Under the pieces are notes generated by a model. The model was given only the letters and a program-made list of their open reading frames with translations. It was not told the origin of the DNA and made no database searches. The position numbers and the translations under genes are program-made. From positions 111,118,909-111,182,908 of the forward strand of contig NC_068985.1 of assembly GCF_001194135.2 (NCBI RefSeq): a stretch of DNA of 64,000 nt, read 5' to 3'. Source of the DNA: Octopus bimaculoides (lineage: Eukaryota). Below, piece by piece: positions 61,123 to 64,000 of this stretch. Within the stretch, counting starts at the first letter, position 1. Each line of letters begins with the position of its first letter.

Positions 61123-61227
61123 NNNNNNNNNNGACGGGCTTCTTTCGGTTTCTGTCTACCAAATCTACTCACAGGGCTTTGGTCAGCCCGAGGGTATAAT
61201 AGAAGACGCTTTCTCAAGGTACCACAT
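60875..61227 (-). mobile_element. SINE family A, 5'-truncated
   Basis: GGAGCACCGCC..GTCGAGCAAATCGA..GCCTAGTACTTATTCTATC, internal tract, GACGGGCTTCTTTC..GCTTTGGTCAGCCCGAG. Confidence 0.88.
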
Positions 61228-61454
61228 TTTGGAACGATGAATCTCGAAGCAAATAAAGATTTAAGCAATAGTGTCTAAATATTGGATTATAAAACCCTTG
61301 AATAGAAAAAGAAATAAAAACATACCACGAGCATACTATCCAAAGCGTTTTTAACCCTGTGTTTATACGCTATTATTCATAGCTTTATTTACTTCGAGAT
61401 TCACCTTTCCTTAAAAGAATTGCATATTCAATTCTCGTTCCATTTTCTTGTTTG

Positions 61455-61522
61455 TATCAACTGGCACTCCGACAAGAATTCCAGTTGATTCGATTAATGG
61501 GACAGCCTGCTCGCGAAAACGC
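61455..61522 (-). mobile_element. SINE D-type tail fragment
   Basis: TGGCACTCCG..TTCCAGTTGATTCGATTAATGGGACAGCCTGCTCG is the reverse complement of the D tail. Confidence 0.65.
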
Positions 61523-61799
61523 TTCGAACGTCCTAGAATAGACCGTAATTTTCATCCCCTCAGCAAATTTCGTTCCCGCATTTATGTAGATGTTGGGGTT
61601 TGAAATTGGTGACGGTTTAAGAATTCACCGCCTAAAAGCACTAACAAACCATCCGAAGAGATTCTGTACTGTTTCCATCTACCAAATTTGATTCAATAAT
61701 ATTTATTTTTATTCTATTATTTTATTATTGGCATTAGCCAGAGGTCGTGGCATGCTGGAGCACTATTATAAACGCTGGAATTTGTTTCATTGTTTGTAT

Positions 61800-62015
61800 T
61801 GTCTTTTACCTTTTACTTTGTTTCAGTCATTTGACTGCGGCCATTCTGGGGCACAGCCTTGAAGGGTCTTAGCCGAACTAATCGATCCCAGTAAGTTTTT
61901 TTAAAAGGCTTAGTACTTATCTAATCAGTCCCTTATGCCGAACATCTATGTTACAGGTAAGTAAATAAACCAATACCGATAGTAAAGCGGCGGTGAGATA
62001 CAAAGAGAAACACAA
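61800..62015 (-). mobile_element. SINE family A variant, 3' half
   Basis: TGTTTCAGTCATTTGACTGCGGCCA..GGCACAGCCTTGAAGGG..TAGTACTTAT..TGCCGAAC. Confidence 0.75.
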
Positions 62016-62394
62016 AGATATACATACATATATATATTCTCGGCCTGATGATTAGCTAAGCTGAGTATCCCTAGTTGTGTAATTATTACATCAGAGGGTC
62101 AGCTAGCTTAGGAACATGTGCAGCCGGTAATGTAATGCTCCACTCCTTTAATTTGAACTTTTATTTGCATTCTTAGCAACTCTAGTTGCTAAACGTGAGC
62201 TATACAAAAACTTCTCGGCTTATCGAATTTCCTCGCAATTTCGAAATGGGGAAATGTGTGTAACCTTCGATGTCAATAAACTGTTATTATTTCCGACCGA
62301 CAGTAAACTTTTTATTTTCTATACCTACCACAGACTACTTGAAGTTTACAAACTTTCTGTAGTTGGATCCCTGTATATTATCCTCATATAACGA

Positions 62395-62427
<33 letters not shown>

Positions 62428-63595
62428 NNNNNNNNNNNNNNNNNNNNNNNNNNNNNNNNNNNNNNNNNNNNNNNNNNNNNNNNNNNNNNNNNNNNNNNNN
62501 NNNNNNNNNNNNNNNNNNNNNNNNNNNNNNNNNNNNNNNNNNNNNNNNNNNNNNNNNNNNNNNNNNNNNNNNNNNNNNNNNNNNNNNNNNNNNNNNNNNN
62601 NNNNNNNNNNNNNNNNNNNNNNNNNNNNNNNNNNNNNNNNNNNNNNNNNNNNNNNNNNNNNNNNNNNNNNNNNNNNNNNNNNNNNNNNNNNNNNNNNNNN
62701 NNNNNNNNNNNNNNNNNNNNNNNNNNNNNNNNNNNNNNNNNNNNNNNNNNNNNNNNNNNNNNNNNNNNNNNNNNNNNNNNNNNNNNNNNNNNNNNNNNNN
62801 NNNNNNNNNNNNNNNNNNNNNNNNNNNNNNNNNNNNNNNNNNNNNNNNNNNNNNNNNNNNNNNNNNNNNNNNNNNNNNNNNNNNNNNNNNNNNNNNNNNN
62901 NNNNNNNNNNNNNNNNNNNNNNNNNNNNNNNNNNNNNNNNNNNNNNNNNNNNNNNNNNNNNNNNNNNNNNNNNNNNNNNNNNNNNNNNNNNNNNNNNNNN
63001 NNNNNNNNNNNNNNNNNNNNNNNNNNNNNNNNNNNNNNNNNNNNNNNNNNNNNNNNNNNNNNNNNNNNNNNNNNNNNNNNNNNNNNNNNNNNNNNNNNNN
63101 NNNNNNNNNNNNNNNNNNNNNNNNNNNNNNNNNNNNNNNNNNNNNNNNNNNNNNNNNNNNNNNNNNNNNNNNNNNNNNNNNNNNNNNNNNNNNNNNNNNN
63201 NNNNNNNNNNNNNNNNNNNNNNNNNNNNNNNNNNNNNNNNNNNNNNNNNNNNNNNNNNNNNNNNNNNNNNNNNNNNNNNNNNNNNNNNNNNNNNNNNNNN
63301 NNNNNNNNNNNNNNNNNNNNNNNNNNNNNNNNNNNNNNNNNNNNNNNNNNNNNNNNNNNNNNNNNNNNNNNNNNNNNNNNNNNNNNNNNNNNNNNNNNNN
63401 NNNNNNNTATATATATACATTTATATGTATGCCTATTCATACGTGAGTGCTTGGAGGTGGATATGAGTATTTTTGTGTGCCTTATGAACGTGTTTATGTG
63501 AGGCATCGAACAAGACAATACCGAAAGACAGAAATACGAGAATATTGATGGAATTATAACGATAAAGCATTTTTTCCATTACCTCTTACACACGT

Positions 63596-63712
63596 GTGTG
63601 CATGTGTGTGTGTCTGTGTGCCTGTGTGTGTGTCTGTGTGCCTATGTGTGTGTCTGTGTGCCTGTGTGTGTGTCTGTGTGCCTGTGTGTTAGTGTGTGCC
63701 TATATGTGTTAG
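63596..63712. repeat. 20-bp higher-order (TG)-derived minisatellite
   Basis: GTGCCT(G/A)TGTGTGTGTCTGT repeated about 4 times. Confidence 0.85.
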
Positions 63713-63949
63713 CGTGTGTGTATGTGTATATCTGTAGTAATTTTTTCTTTTCTTTTCTTTTCTTGAGAATGCATCAAGTCGAGCGCTCGAATTCACGCAC
63801 ACACATATATAACTCATATCTGTCTATTTATAAATCGATTTCACCACGTATATAGATGTATATATCTATCTTTACATAGGTATGTGTATATATATATATG
63901 TGTGTGTATATATACATACATATATAGAGAGAGATGGTACATAAAGATT

Positions 63950-64000
<51 letters not shown>

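Noticed and set aside
62045-62115. CTGATGA followed by a partial inverted repeat (hammerhead-like start); similar at 4695-4725 and 19610-19635
   Set aside because: No GAAA or stem III downstream, so the ribozyme core cannot form.

Overview
Eukaryotic, AT-rich, essentially non-coding window from a gappy short-read assembly: about 27 N-gaps totalling about 11 kb, nearly all inside microsatellites. The SINE families and extreme microsatellite density suggest an octopus (coleoid cephalopod) genome; this is an inference. No protein-coding gene can be confidently called, and most ORFs in the track are microsatellite or N artefacts. The window is a mosaic of: (i) tRNA-headed SINEs, including a family with an internal microsatellite and a group that shares heads but swaps tails; (ii) Tc1/mariner elements, namely one full-length decayed D,D34D mariner with perfect 22-bp TIRs and TA TSD, an internally deleted CAGGGTG-TIR element, Tc1 and pogo/Tigger fragments, and MITEs; (iii) non-LTR retrotransposon relics (two CRE-like, two R4/Dong-like, one RTE, Penelope-like); (iv) simple and higher-order repeats. 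The best second-look items are a well-formed minimal type I hammerhead ribozyme at 11105-11152 (-) with three degenerate relatives, an exact three-layer nest (satellite > MITE > SINE) at 49.3-50.6 kb, a Dong-like end inserted in (TAA)n, a locally templated insertion in a SINE, inverted SINE pairs that could form dsRNA, and weak + strand micro-exon or recursive-splice candidates. SINE family labels A-E are my own working names, and many boundaries are approximate.
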